Shown in pieces: positions 1 to 15,210 of a stretch of 64,000 bases of DNA. Every line of letters begins with the position of its first letter. Position 1 is the first letter of the stretch. The stretch lies in NCBI RefSeq assembly GCF_009914755.1, contig NC_060935.1. One strand, written 5' to 3'. The stretch is from the human T2T-CHM13v2.0 reference genome, Homo sapiens. Under the pieces are notes generated by a model that had not been told where the DNA came from, did not search any database, and saw only the letters and a list, made by a program, of their open reading frames with translations. A program made the translations under genes and the position numbers.

Positions 1-1053
<1,053 letters not shown>

Positions 1054-1066
1054 CAGTCTTGTGGTT

Positions 1067-1341
1067 ATTTTTCTAGACAAGATCCAGCTGTGTCATCCAG
1101 GCTGGAGTGCAGTGGTACAATCTCAGCTCCTGCAGCCTCGACCTCCCTGGGCTCAGGTAATTTTCCCATCTCAGCCTCCAAGTAGCTGGGACTACAGGCT
1201 TGGCTAATTTCTGTATTTTCTGTAGAGATGGGGTCTTGCCATGTGGCCCAGGCTGGTCTCAAACTCCTTGGCCTCAAGCCATCTGCCTGCCCTGGCCTCC
1301 CAAAGTGCTAGGATTACAGGCATCAGCCACTATCCCTGGCC
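1067..1341 (-). mobile_element. AluJ-like
   Basis: Reverse Alu with J-type GCAGCCTCGACCTCCCTGGGCTCAGG. Confidence 0.85.
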
Positions 1342-1520
1342 ACCCTTGTTAAAAAATAAAGAATTTCAAGATGGTGATGGCAGATTATTAAACCACAGTG
1401 GGGACTCCTCTGTGTCCCTGTGGGACTGTCCAGGTTCAAGCCCATGAAGCCGGCCCTGGCTGCTGGGTTCTTGGAGTGCTGGACCTCCCGTGGCATGTGG
1501 CAAGGAGTTGTCATGGGTTA

Positions 1521-1689
1521 TCACGACATATGATGATCAACTACGGGAGACCTAAAGACCACTCTGTCCTTTTTCCGACGAATGGCTGTGTATGTCACAC
1601 TAGCAGCAAACAGAACCGCAAGAGCTCCAGTGACAATGCTGAGCCCGATCACTGTGCCTTGCAGAGCAGATGCCGTCTGTACCTCCCTC
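1521..1689 (-). pseudogene. Probable last coding exon of the ENPP7-like pseudogene (TM helix + basic stop-transfer + tail)
   Basis: Acceptor ctctggtctcttaacAG (1691-1690); ORF reads ..LQGTVIGLSIVTGALAVLFAASVTYTAIRRKKDRVVFRSPVVDHHMS*; lies 1.5 kb downstream of exon 4 on the same strand; one frameshift is needed to join it to exon 4. Confidence 0.55.
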
Positions 1690-2245
1690 CTGTTAAGAGA
1701 CCAGAGGGTTTTTAATTGCCTGATTATTAAGAGGCTGTTCTGGCTGCTCCTGGTTCCCTGGGAAGTTTTCCATCTAGCTGCCAATGAGTATTCATTATGG
1801 AAATGAAGTGTACATTGAACCCAAGAAAATGCTCACTCTAGAGAAATCTCACAGGACAAGTCGTTGAAAGCCGATTTACTACATGACCTCTTCGCCAAAT
1901 GACCCATTTGCCTAATGACCACTTTGACAAAGGATCAATTTGCTGAAAGCCAATTCGCTGAAAATCTGTTTGTGGGATGTCCTGCTTATCAGTAACTGAC
2001 AGTCAGACGCAGCTTATCCCAGGCTCCCAGTGGGATGTGGGACAGGGGAGGGGCTACAAAATAGTTGTAGCAAAACTCCAAAACTTAAAAAGCAGAAAAA
2101 TCCTCCATAATTTGGTGAATTGGTCCTTCATTTAATTAGTTTTGTACAAAAGGGACTGCTTTCTTTATGTTCACAAGGAGATCATGGGCAGTGGCTTACA
2201 AGAAGAGAAAGGATGTATATCACCCCTGCCCTCCCCTCTTTTCCT

Positions 2246-2505
2246 TTTTTTTTTTTTTAAAGCAGGAATCGGAGTGCCGTAGTACAGTCACAGCTCACTG
2301 CAGCCTCCAACTCCTGGGTTCCAGCGATCCTCCCGCCTCAGCCTCCCCAGTAGCTGGGACTACAGGCATGTGACACTACATCCAGCTAATTTATTGTAGA
2401 GACAGGGTCTCACTATGTTGCCCAGGCTGGTCTCAAGCTCCTGGCCCCAAGTGATCCTCCTACCTCATCCTCCCAAAGTCCCAAGTATGAGCCACTGTGC
2501 CCAGC
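2246..2505 (-). mobile_element. AluJ-like
   Basis: Reverse Alu body after a T tract. Confidence 0.85.
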
Positions 2506-3145
2506 CCATTACTCCTTTTTGCATGTAATTGCTTTAAGCGCTCGTTAGATCACTGGACAGTATCCAAGTCTCTCCTGGCAAAAGGAAAGATAGCTAGTGT
2601 TTGTAAACAACCCACAAAAGAAGGCAATAGCAAATTCTGAGATGATTTTATTCTTCCTTTGTATTACCCAAATTGAAGGGGTTTGAAGTCTTGAGAATTT
2701 GCAGTCTCGTTTCAGACTCTCCCTTCTCCTTTTTTCAGCATCGAGGGAACAGCAGGGTTTTGCTCCTCCCCTATGAAGAGCTTTCTGTGCTATTGAAGGA
2801 GGGCTGATTTCCGTATCTGGAAGGGGCATCTTGGAGACAGACTATACACAGTGATTTCCTTAGGACCGGAAAGATTACAGCCCAACTTTCTCTATAGAGC
2901 ACAGTCCCTTTGCCTAAAAGGCACTATGTCAAATGTTACCAGCAGGTCGAGGGATTCTCTACCTCCCGTGCTATCTGTATGGAGCTGTTGACATCTTGTT
3001 CCTGGGGCTCCAAAGCTGCTGGGAAACAGGATTGTTCTGCTAGAATTCCCTCCTCCCCACCATGAGACCCCTTTTTGATTCTTTTCTATGTCAGGACAGA
3101 GCAGACTCTGCTGACAGTTTTCTGGCAGCTGCTTTTGTGTCTCAC

Positions 3146-3382
3146 CTGGCTGCTGGTCATAAGAGTTCATGAGCATTTCCTGGGTGACTGCCAGGGAGCC
3201 GTTGTGGGTTTGGGGGTGACTCCCAGGAGCTTACACACGAATGGGTAGATGTGGATGCTGTTAAAAGGCTCGGCCAGGCGATTCCTCTTGAAATCTGGCC
3301 CGAAAGCTCTGAATATGATGTTCATGTCCATGAGGACATTATCAAAGCCATGGCTGCCTTTGTTGAAACACATTATAATTCT
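3146..3382 (-). pseudogene. ENPP7P: ENPP7-like pseudogene exon 4
   Basis: Acceptor gttttcAG|AGA (exon starts 3382), donor CCAG|GTGAGA (3145); RIIMCFNKGSHGFDNVLMDMNIIFRAFGPDFKRNRLAEPFNSIHIYPFVCKLLGVTP matches ENPP7 RINVQFNNGEHGFDNKDMDMKTIFRAVGPSF..EPFESVHVYELMCRLLGIVP; one frameshift before HNGSLAVTQEML. Confidence 0.92.
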
Positions 3383-3599
3383 CTGAAAACTAATAACAAT
3401 AAAAAAGCCATTTTAGATTCCAATCCGCTGAAAGAAAACTGTCCCTTTGTTAATGTCATGCTTGTTGGATCCATGAAGTCTTTGAGAATTTAAACTACAA
3501 GGACACTGCTCTCTGTGGTGGTGGAGAGAATACCAAGGATTTAAAGGTCTTTAAGAAAGAGAATGTAGAAAGTGTACCCATTGGAAACAGCAAGATGAT

Positions 3600-3840
3600 G
3601 ATAATCGTACTGACAGTAATAATAAGCTCAAATATATAGAGCTTACTATGTATCATGAATTGTTCTGAATGCTTCATAAATATACGTTCCCTCCTTTACC
3701 GTCATGGCAGCCCAGTAAAGGCGCCATTCCCCATTTTACAGCTGGGGAAACTGAGTTACAGAGCTTGTCTGCACTGAGTCAACAGGAGCAAATGCTAGAT
3801 CAGGTAATGGAACCCAAGCAATCTGGTTCCAGAGCCAAAT
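3600..3840 (-). mobile_element. MIR
   Basis: Core CCCCATTTTACAGCTGGGGAAACTGAG and GAACCCAAGCAATCTGGTTCCAGAGCC. Confidence 0.75.
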
Positions 3841-3997
3841 AAGTGTATTTTTTATGGTATAAATACACATACATACATTTTTAGGGGAAAGGTGGGGGTA
3901 GGATGGGATGAGGATTCTGGGTAATTGCTTGGTAAATGCCAAATACCTTTCTTGTCTGTCCTTCTTTTCAAATGATAAAATAATGTCAATTGCAACA

Positions 3998-4298
3998 CTT
4001 TTTTTTTTTTGAGACAAGGTCTAGCTGGAGTACGGTGATGCAGTCATAGCCCACTGCAGCCTCAAATTCCTGGGCTCAAGCAATCCACCCACATCAGGTT
4101 CCCAAGTAGTTGGGACTACAGGCCCACACTACTATGCACAGCTAATTATTTTAATTTTTGTAGAGATGGCAGGTGGCGGTGAGGGGCGGGCGGTTTTGCT
4201 ATGTTGCCCAGGCTGGTCTCAAACTCTTGACCTCAAGTGAACCTCCTGCCTCAGCCCCACAAAGCTCTGAAGTTATAGGCACGAGCCACTGTGGCTGG
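3998..4298 (-). mobile_element. AluJ-like
   Basis: Reverse Alu. Confidence 0.85.
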
Positions 4299-4498
4299 CT
4301 ACAATACTATTTATTTATATTTTAGACCAACAGATATTATAGCATATAAGAAATGTGATGTTCTCTGCACATTGAAGAGTTGGTCTAATATTTGCCCTGG
4401 TGGATACAGAAATTGCCTGTCTGCTCCGCTCTGGTTGAAGAAACCAGTCCGACTGTCTCTGAGGCTATGGAGCAGTCCATCAAGAATGAAAGCCCTCT

Positions 4499-4798
4499 GC
4501 CAGGCACATTGGCTCACACCTGTAATACCAGCGCTTTGGGAGGCCGAGGCAAGTGGATCACTTGAAGTCACGAGTTTGACACCAGCATGGCCAACATGGT
4601 GAAACGCTGTCTCTACAGAAAATAGAAAAATTAGCTGGGCCTGGTGACATGTGCCTGTAATGCCAGCTACTCAGGAGGCTGAGGCAAGAGAATCACTTGA
4701 ACCTGGGAGGCAGAGGTGGCAGTGGGGAGCTGAGATCACACCACTGCATTCCAGCCTGGGCGACAGAGCGAGACTCTCTCAAAAAAAAAAAAAAAAAG
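4499..4798 (+). mobile_element. Alu
   Basis: Full dimer with poly(A), TSD AAGAATGAA. Confidence 0.9.
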
Positions 4799-5420
4799 AA
4801 TGAATGTCCTCATGATGGCCTCAAGCACATTGGTCCCTGAAGAGAGCCAAGGAAGGCCCACTTTACTCTGCACTGCAAAGCAGGCAGGTGGACAGGATGA
4901 GAAATGGATTCAGTGAGAGGCATTGACCCAAAGGATTTTCTGCCTAATGGTCGGTTCAGCAGAAGATTAAACTGAGCACAGCATCCTGTTCCCTCAAACT
5001 ATCTGGTTGGTCAGTGGGGAATGTTCTTGTCTCGTTAAATGTCCTCATGCTACTGTCAAGATATCCTGTTACAAATCATCATAAACCAGGTTTACAAATA
5101 GGCCAGGTGACTGTGGAATTTCTCCTTGACAAGGCCTTAGCTATGGGCGTGTGATTGGTGTGCAGTAATCACAGTGTTCCGGGCCACTTGAGGGATAAAA
5201 TATACCTTAGGTGATAAACTGTTGTATTTTAATGTGAATATTTCCACCAACATTAAACAGTAACCCCATGAGTTTTCTCATACCTGTTACACTCTGGAGT
5301 TGCAACAAGCTGACATGAAGCAAGTTGCAAACAGAATTATCGCATTTGGCTCCTATTCACAGCAAGGGTTCTTCAAGCTGTACCTGGGGCAGTCTTCCCT
5401 CACATGAGGTTTATAGCATC

Positions 5421-5730
5421 ATTTATTTCATTATTTATTTATTTTTTGAGATGGAGTTTCGCTCTGTCACCCAGGCTGGAGTGCAATGGTGCGATCTTGG
5501 CTCACTGCAACCTCCGCCCCCCCGGGGTTCAAGCGATTCTCCTGCCTCCGCCTCCTGAGTAGCTGGGATTATAGGCACCCGCTACCACGCCTGGCTAATT
5601 TTTGTATTTTTAGTAGAGACGGGGTTTCACCATGTTGACCGGGCTGGTCTCAAACTCCTGACCTCAGGTGATCCACCCGCCTCAGCCTCCCAAAGTGTTG
5701 GGATTACTAGCGTGAGCCACGGGGCCCGGC
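5421..5730 (-). mobile_element. Alu (S-type)
   Basis: Reverse dimer, TSD TATAGCATCATTT. Confidence 0.9.
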
Positions 5731-5854
5731 TATAGCATCATTTCAACTTTGTTTCTGCCATGAAGTTTTAATTGGTAGTTAACAAAAAATAGACCACCTC
5801 ATTTATGTCTCACAGTTAGCATTGGTTTTTGTGTTTTCTTTAGGCTTGTTTTTT

Positions 5855-6445
<591 letters not shown>

Positions 6446-6527
6446 CCTTAAAGCTGCTTTTTAATAACAGCCTTGCTGAAAGATAATTCACATACCATAC
6501 AATTTACCCATTTAAAGTGTACAATTT

Positions 6528-6827
6528 GGCCGGGCATGGTGGCTCACACTTGTAATCCCAGCACTTTGGGAGGCTGAGGTGGGAGGATCGCTTGAACCCA
6601 AGAGTTTGAGATGAGCCCGAGCAACATGGCAAAACCCTGTCTTAACCAAAAATGCAAAAAAAATTAGCTGGGCGTGGTGGGTGTGTCTGTAGTCCCAGCT
6701 ACTCAGGAGGCTGAAGTGGGAGGATGGTTTGAGCCCGGGAGGTGGAGGGTGCAGTGAGTTGAGATTGCACCACTGCCCTCCATCCTCGGCAACAGAGCCA
6801 GACCCTGTCTCTAAATAAATAAATAAA
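6528..6827 (+). mobile_element. Alu (Jb-like)
   Basis: Dimer with TSD AAAGTGTA(C/T)AATT. Confidence 0.9.
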
Positions 6828-7024
6828 GTGTATAATTCAGTGGTTTTTAATATATTCACAGAGTTGTGCAGCCATCACCACCATCAGTTTTAGAAATTTT
6901 AATAACCCCAGAAGAGACCCTGTATCCATTAGCAGTCACCCCTTATTTCCCCCTGACTATCCCCACCCCTGGCTCCTGGCAACCATTAATCTACTTTGTT
7001 TCTTTGGATTTTCATATTCTGGGC

Positions 7025-7059
7025 ATATATATATACATATATGCGTGTGTGTGTGTGTG

Positions 7060-7117
<58 letters not shown>
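7025..7117. repeat. (TA)n/(TG)n microsatellite
   Basis: Directly visible. Confidence 0.95.
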
Positions 7118-7119
<2 letters not shown>

Positions 7120-7544
7120 CATCTACTATTTGTCTGGCTTCTTTCACTTAGCCTAATGGTTTCAAAGTGTATCCTGGTTGTAGCATGAATCAGCCCTTCA
7201 TTCTATATTTTGGCTGATTAATGTTCCATCACACGGGTAGACTGTACTTGTTTGCCCATTCAACTGTTGTTGATAGGCATTTGTGTTGTTGCCACCTTGT
7301 GACAATTATGAATAATTTTGCTACGAGCATCTGTGTGTGTCTTTGTATGAACAGGCTTGCATATTTTTTGATATGGGCAAATAAGAACTAGTGGCGGGAG
7401 GCCTTTGTGGTGAATTTTTTGGTGATCTTTGTGTACTCTGTATAATGATCAGCCACGCAGGCTTGGGGGCAGCACTTAACCTTCCATTTGTTTCTTTTTT
7501 TTAAGATAGGGTTTCTCTCTCTGCCACCCAGGCCAGAGCGCAGT

Positions 7545-9386
7545 TGACGCAGGGCAGGAGAGCCCCCAAGTGGAGCATAGTGTGTCCGGAACTGGGGGGT
7601 TCTTGGTCTCACAGACTTTAAGAATGAAGCCACGGACCCTCGCGGTGAGCGTCACCGTTCTTAAAGGCAGCGTGTCCGGAGTTTTTTCCTTCTGATGCTC
7701 GGATGTTTTCAGAGTTTCTTCCTTCTGGTGGGTTCCTGGTCTTGCTGGCTTCAGCAGTGAAGTTGCAGACCTTCAAGGTGAGTGTTACAGCTCTTAAAGC
7801 TGCATGTCTGGAGTTGTTTGTTCCTCCCAGTGGGTTCATAGTCTCACTGGCTTCAGCAGTGAAACTGCAGACCTTCAAGGTGAGTGTTATAGCTCATAAA
7901 GGCAGTGTGGACCCAAAGAGTCAGCAGCAGCAAGATTTATTGCAAAGAGCAAAAGAACAAAGCTTCCACAGTGTGGAAAGGGACCCCAGCGCATTGCCAC
8001 TGCTGGCTCGGGCAGCTTGCTTTTATTCTCTTATCTGGCCCCACCCACATCCTGCTGATTGGTCCATTTTACAGAGAGCCGATTGGTCTGTTTTACAGAG
8101 AGCTGATTAGTCCGTTTTGACAGGGTGCTGATTGGTGCATTTATAATCCCTGAGATAGACCCAAAAGTTCTCCAAGTCCCTACTAGATTAGCTAGATAGA
8201 GGGTGTCCATTGGTGCATTCACAAACCCTGAGCTAGACACAGGGTGCTGATTGGTGTGTTTACAAACCTTGAGCTAGATACAGAGGGCCGATTGGTGTAT
8301 TTACAATCCCTCAGCTAGACATAAAGGTTCTCCAAGTCCCCACCAGACTCAGGAGCCCAGCTGGCTTCACCCAGTGGATCCCACACCAGGGCCGCAAGTG
8401 GAGCTACCTGCCAGTCCCACGCCCAGCACCAGCACTCCTCAGCCCTTGGGTGGTTGATGGGACTGGGCGCTGTGGAGCAGGGGGCAGTGCTCACTGGGGA
8501 GGCTCGGGCCACGCAGGATCCCACGGCGGGTAGTGGGGAGGCTCAGGCATGGCAGGCTGCAGGTCCCGAGCCCTGCCCTGCGGAGAGGCAGCTAAGGCCC
8601 GGTGAGAAATCGAGCACAGCAACCACTGGCCCAGGTGCTAAGCCCCTCACTGCCCAGGGACGGCGGGGCTGGCTGGCCGATCCGAGTGTGGGCCTGCCGA
8701 GCCCGTGCCCACCCGGCACTCGCGCTGGCCCGCAAGCGCCGCGCCCAGCCCTGGTTCCCGCCCGCGCCTCTCCCTCTACACCTCCCCGCAAGCTGAGGGA
8801 GACGCCTCCAGCCTCGGCCAGCTCAGGAAGGGGCTCCCACAGTACAACAGTGGGCTGAAGGGCTCCTCAAGTGCTGCCAAATTGGGAGCCCAGGCAGAGG
8901 AGGCACCGAGAGTGAGCTCCAGGTCTGCCAGAACGCTGACACCTCTCAATAGCACATGAGGGTTCTTGCCTTTGCCCAGGAAAGAATTCAAGGGCAAGCT
9001 GGAGGTTTAGAAGAAAACAGCTTTATTGAAGAGGCAGTGTTACAGCCCTGTGACTGCTCCTGTAGGGCAGGGCTAGCCTGGAGGCAGAGAGTAGAGGCAG
9101 AGAGTTTGCAATCACATTTATACCCACTTTTAATCGCATGTAGATTAAAGGGCAGTTTATGCAGGAATTTCTAGAAAATTGGTAGTAACTTTTGAGTCAT
9201 TGGATCATTGTCATGGAAAGTGGCAGTAACTCCCGGGTGTTGCCATGGCAATAGTAAACTCACATGGCACATTGGTGGGCATGTCTGGTGGAAAGCTGCT
9301 TCTGCCCCAGCCCTGTTTTAGCTAGTCCTCAATTTGGTCTGGTGTCCAAGCCCTGCCTGTGGAGTCAAGTCCTGCCTCCTATCTCA
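7545..9386 (-). mobile_element. MER66-like ERV1 solo LTR (~470 bp own sequence), interrupted by LTR12C
   Basis: TG..CA termini, 4-bp TSD CAGT, 5' end TGAGATAGGAGGCAGGACTTGACTCC..GACCAAATTGAGGACTAGCTAAAACAGGG; subfamily from recall. Confidence 0.7.
7581..8948 (-). mobile_element. LTR12C (ERV9) solo LTR
   Basis: Termini TGAGAGGTGTCAGCGTTCTGGCAG..CCGGACACA, tandem CCAATCAG (NF-Y) repeats ~8050-8310, CpG-rich 5' half, 4-bp TSD ATAG (7577-7580 / 8949-8952). Confidence 0.93.
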
Positions 9387-9809
9387 CAGTGGCGTGATCA
9401 TGGCTCACTGCAGTCTCAACACCCCCGGGCTCAAGCAGTTCTCCCACCTCAGCCTCCTGAGTTGCTGGGACCACAGGCACGTGCCACTATGCCCAGCTAC
9501 AGTTTTTTGCATTTTTTGTAGAGATGGTGTTTCACTGTGTTGCCCAGGCTGGTCTCAAACTCCTGAGCTCAAGCAGTCTACCTACCTTAGCCTTCTAAAG
9601 TGCTGGGCTTACAGGTGTGAGCCGCTGCACCCAGCCCAAGCTTACATTTTTAATCTCAAGTCACTTCTCTCTAGGTTTTGATTTCTTCTTTAAAATGGTG
9701 GAACTAAGAGCATCTATTTTATAGGGTTGTTGGGAAGACAAAAATGAAAGAACTGCTATTCAATGTTTAGCGAAGCGCTACGCACAATTTTGAATAATGA
9801 AGTTGCTGT

Positions 9810-10125
9810 TTATTTTTTATTTTTTATTTATTTTTTAGAGACGGGGTCTTGCTCTGTTGCTCAAGCTGGAGTGCAGTGGTGCAATCACAGCTTACTGCAG
9901 CCTTGACCTCCTGGGCTCAAGAAATCCTGCCACCTCAGCCTCCTGAGTAGCTGGGACTACAGGCATGCATTGACATGTCTGGCTATTTATTTATTTGTTT
10001 GTTTTTTGTAGATATGGGGTCTCCCTATGTTGCCCGGGCTGGTCTTGAACTCCTGGCCTTAAGCAATCCTCCTGTCTTGGCCTCCCAAAGCACTGAGATT
10101 ACAGGTGTGAACCACCATGGCCAGC
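9810..10125 (-). mobile_element. AluJ-like
   Basis: Reverse dimer. Confidence 0.85.
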
Positions 10126-10142
10126 CTTATTTTTATTTTTAA

Positions 10143-10648
<506 letters not shown>

Positions 10649-10688
10649 TAGATCCAAGGTGACTTTATTCATTTTAGAATGAACTTAT

Positions 10689-11313
10689 CCCATTAATACT
10701 GTAACTAGAGTTGGCATACATCACGATTGGCAGAACCCGGTCATGTTTAGCGAGATGGAAGTGTTCTGGAAACTCCTCCTTCTTGTAGACCTGGAGGTGA
10801 GGGTGCGCATTCTTCAGTGCCTGGTAAAGGGCTTCCTCTTGCCCCAATTTGGGTAGGGGCAGCCCAAAGCCACCGTAGCCCGCAATATCAAACTTGACCC
10901 AGACCCTGAACTTGATGTAGTTGGTCAAGGGATCTTGTTGACGTTGGGTCTCTTCTTCACGGTGGTCACCCCATGGTCTGATGTGATGATGACGCTGAGG
11001 TGCTCTGCAGGCTGTGCTTCTCAGTGGCTCCCACCAGATACACGATGGTCCTGCCGATTTGCTGAATCATCAACTTCCTCTTCTCTGCCTCTGGCCCGAA
11101 TCGATGTCCCACGTTATCTGGCTCTCTGTAGTACAGAGTCACAAAGTCAAAGTCTTCTGTGCTGAAGCAGTTCATGACGGTATCGATGTTCTCCCTCCGC
11201 TCTGTCTCGTTGCTGTTTGGGTGAGTGTAGGACTCCACCAGGGACCGCTTGACAGCCTCACCCTCGTATTTAGCACCTCCCCTGGAATAGTGGGATGATG
11301 CTGCTTTCTTCCC
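10689..11313 (-). pseudogene. ENPP7P: ENPP7-like pseudogene exon 3
   Basis: Acceptor ttcttgtactttaAG|GGG; NETERRENIDTVM..VTLYYREPDNVGHRFGPE, then LSVIITSDHG, then LKNAHPHLQVYKKEEFPEHFH..ING; 625 nt equals the 627-nt ENPP7 exon minus two 1-nt deletions; donor reads ATAAGT. Confidence 0.95.
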
Positions 11314-11686
11314 CTTAAAGTACAAGAAGAAAATTCCATCAGGGCCATTTCTCATACCTTTCTCACAATCAGCAAAGCTCGAGTTATCTACATCTGTGCC
11401 CCAGTCCAAAGACATAGAAAATATGTGGTGTTTGGAGTCAGACAGGGTGGAGTTAGATTCTGGGCTTCCCCAGGATCTCATAGCATCTACAACACTTTTA
11501 GTTACAAGATGTGCTATTATTTTATGGGTTACTAAGCAGAAAAATGCTGCCAACGAGACCGTGACATTCCAGTGATTGTAAGGTGTATTCTAACTTCAGA
11601 GATGGCAAAATGAAAAATAATTCCTTAGAAAAGAGGGAGATGGTAATTTCTGAGTTGTTGGTGGTGAATCTGTGCATGTGTGTTTT

Positions 11687-11792
11687 TTATATATATACAC
11701 ACATATATATACACATACGTATACATGTATATATATATATGTGTATATATAGACATAACTATATACATATACATATATATATGTGTATATAT
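11687..11792. repeat. (TA/CA)n low-complexity repeat
   Basis: Directly visible. Confidence 0.9.
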
Positions 11793-12358
<566 letters not shown>

Positions 12359-12446
12359 GGTGGTGAGTTTTAAAATTTTCCAGTGTCTCAGTGTTTCTAC
12401 CTGTAGAATGCCAAAAAGTAGATGGCATCTTTGCAAGGATTAAGCC

Positions 12447-12723
<277 letters not shown>

Positions 12724-13172
12724 TAATGAATGCTTGCCTGCTCAGCACCCACTACATGCTGGGCTGGGTCACATTACTCTGACTCCCCCTTGAGCTTCAG
12801 TCCATGCCTGGTTCAAGATGTATTGACTCAACTCGAGGATCCGGAGGTGGGATGTGGCTCTGGCCTGGCCAGAGGACCGAGGATGCTGCATGCCATGGCT
12901 ACAGCAACCGGTTCAGCTTTGGGCTCATGTCCTAGTCAGAGCCAATGAGATGTAATCTTGGGATATCTGCTGGGCTGTTCGGAGGGGACAGGCTGCCCTG
13001 CTCATCCCCATTCCTGATGCTGAGGGATCTGAGAAAATCACTTGTAAAATTCGGGGCTGTTTGGAAGAAGGGGAGACTGATGTCTCCTTCTCTCTACAGA
13101 CATCTGCTCAGCTACAGAGCTTGACTGACCTACCCAGAGGCAGAATGATATGGTGGTTAAAAGTGTGCTATG

Positions 13173-13579
<407 letters not shown>

Positions 13580-13789
13580 TTAGATGCATGTTATATAAAT
13601 GCTCTCCTCAGTTTCCTCGTCTGTAACTTGGGGACGATAGTGCTGCCCCATGAAGTGGTTGTGGGGGCTAAATGCACGTGGGCACATTGGTAAGCATTCA
13701 ACAAGCTTGATTTTTCCTGGAGAGGGAGAAAGAGCATACAGTGAAGTGGCATGGTCAGGTGCATTGGGGTAAAGATTATTTCCTCTGGC

Positions 13790-14529
13790 TTCTGCCTCCT
13801 GGGAGGTACTAAGGATGGATGTGAAATGTGTCTGCAGACCCCAGAGTTGGGGACTGCAGACGGAAATTGAGATCAGGGCCCCAGTCTGGCAGAAATGGGT
13901 GCAGCATGGGGCATTGGGTTCCTTCCATCAAAGGCATGGGGTGTGTTGCAGACAGTCATGAGATGTGGCTGAATCTTGCAAGGGAGCCGCGGTCCTAGGG
14001 TTGCTGCTTGAGACAAAGACTGCTGTCAGTGGAACCTGGTGACCTTCACCCTTCTGTGTCAGGCTGCAGACAGCAAGAGATGGCAGCAGATTACACCCAA
14101 CAGGAAAAGGGCCATTGCCATCCCACAGGTTGCCATAGGAGGAGATGACATCTCTCCCTCTCCTCCTCCAGCAGTGTCAGCTGGGGAAGAGGTGGGTGGG
14201 TTTGCACAAAAGAGTAGACCACAGACCATGCTCCTTCTCCTCCAGTCTGCTGGGGCCCCAAGAGAGTCTGCAGCCCTTGGCCAGGGACCAGCTGACACAG
14301 GAGAACAAAAGACCTTAGGTTGGGATAACATGGTGGTGCAGTTCATCCTCTGGAGCTCCCTGTGAGATCAGACTGGAGCTGGTGTCCAGCTGAGACCACA
14401 TCTCACTCAGATCCTTCCCTGCCATATCCTGTTTCCCTTACTCCTATCTCCTGAGAGTTCTTCCTGAATGAATTACATGCATTTAATCCCTGCCTCAGGC
14501 TCTGCTTTTAGGGAACTTGACGTAAGACA
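13790..14529 (+). mobile_element. Old ERVL-type LTR (LTR16/LTR41-like)
   Basis: 3' end CTCAGGCTCTGCTTTTAGGGAACTTGACGTAAGACA; 5' boundary uncertain. Confidence 0.5.
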
Positions 14530-14900
14530 GAAATCTTAGTACTAAATACTTTGCAAGGCCTCAGAAGCTCTGCTATCCACAAGCAAGTGAGATATTACCT
14601 TCCTACCACCTGGCAGTCATAGTCTATGATGAGATTCAGCTTTATGGAAGTGCTTCTCTAAAGAACTTCCCCCAATTTAAGACGATCTAAATTTGCTTAC
14701 TTGTTTACTATCCATTTAGCTGCTCTAAAATATGAGCTCCAAATCAGGGGCCATGTCTGGTTGGTTACTCATTTCCTGAGACCTAGAATGGGCCTAGCTC
14801 AGAGCAGGTGCTCACTATTGATGGAATGCATGCTGAAAGAATGCGTGAATCTCATCTCTTTTTGTGGGTGAAAAACTCATCCTATTCTCACCCTGATTAA

Positions 14901-15210
14901 CTTTCTTTCTTTCTTTATTTTTTTTTTTTCAAAATGGAGCCATGATCTGTCACCCAGGCTGGAGTACAATGGTGTGATCTCAGCTAGCTGCAACCTCTGC
15001 CTTCTGGATTAAACCAATTCTCCTGCCTCAGCCTCCTGGGTAGCTGGGATTACAGGTGTATACCACCACGCCCGGCTAATTTTTTGTATTTTTAATAGAG
15101 ACAGTGTTTCACCATGTTGGCCAGGCTGGTCCCGAAATCCTGACCTCGTGATCCACCCTCTTTGGCCTCCCAAAGTCCTGGGATTACAGGCATGAGCCAC
15201 CGTACCCAGC
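14901..15210 (-). mobile_element. Alu (S-type)
   Basis: Reverse dimer, TSD-like TGATTAACTTT. Confidence 0.9.

Larger units (their letters stand above)
6450..7370 (-). mobile_element. Old L1M 3' fragment interrupted by an Alu and (TA)n
   Basis: L1M-type ATAATTCACATACCATACAATTTACCCATTTAAAGTGTACAATT, GGCAACCATTAATCTACTTTGT, TGTCTGGCTTCTTTCACTTAGC. Confidence 0.75.
7487..9638 (-). mobile_element. AluJ split at 7544/9387 by an ERV1 LTR
   Basis: ..GGCCAGAGCGCAGT | CAGTGGCGTGATCATGGCTCACTGCAG.. is continuous Alu with CAGT duplicated. Confidence 0.85.

Noticed and set aside
8050-8310. Regular GCTGATTGG repeats resembling a novel array or CRISPR
   Set aside because: Standard LTR12 U3 NF-Y repeats with no unique spacers; eukaryotic DNA.
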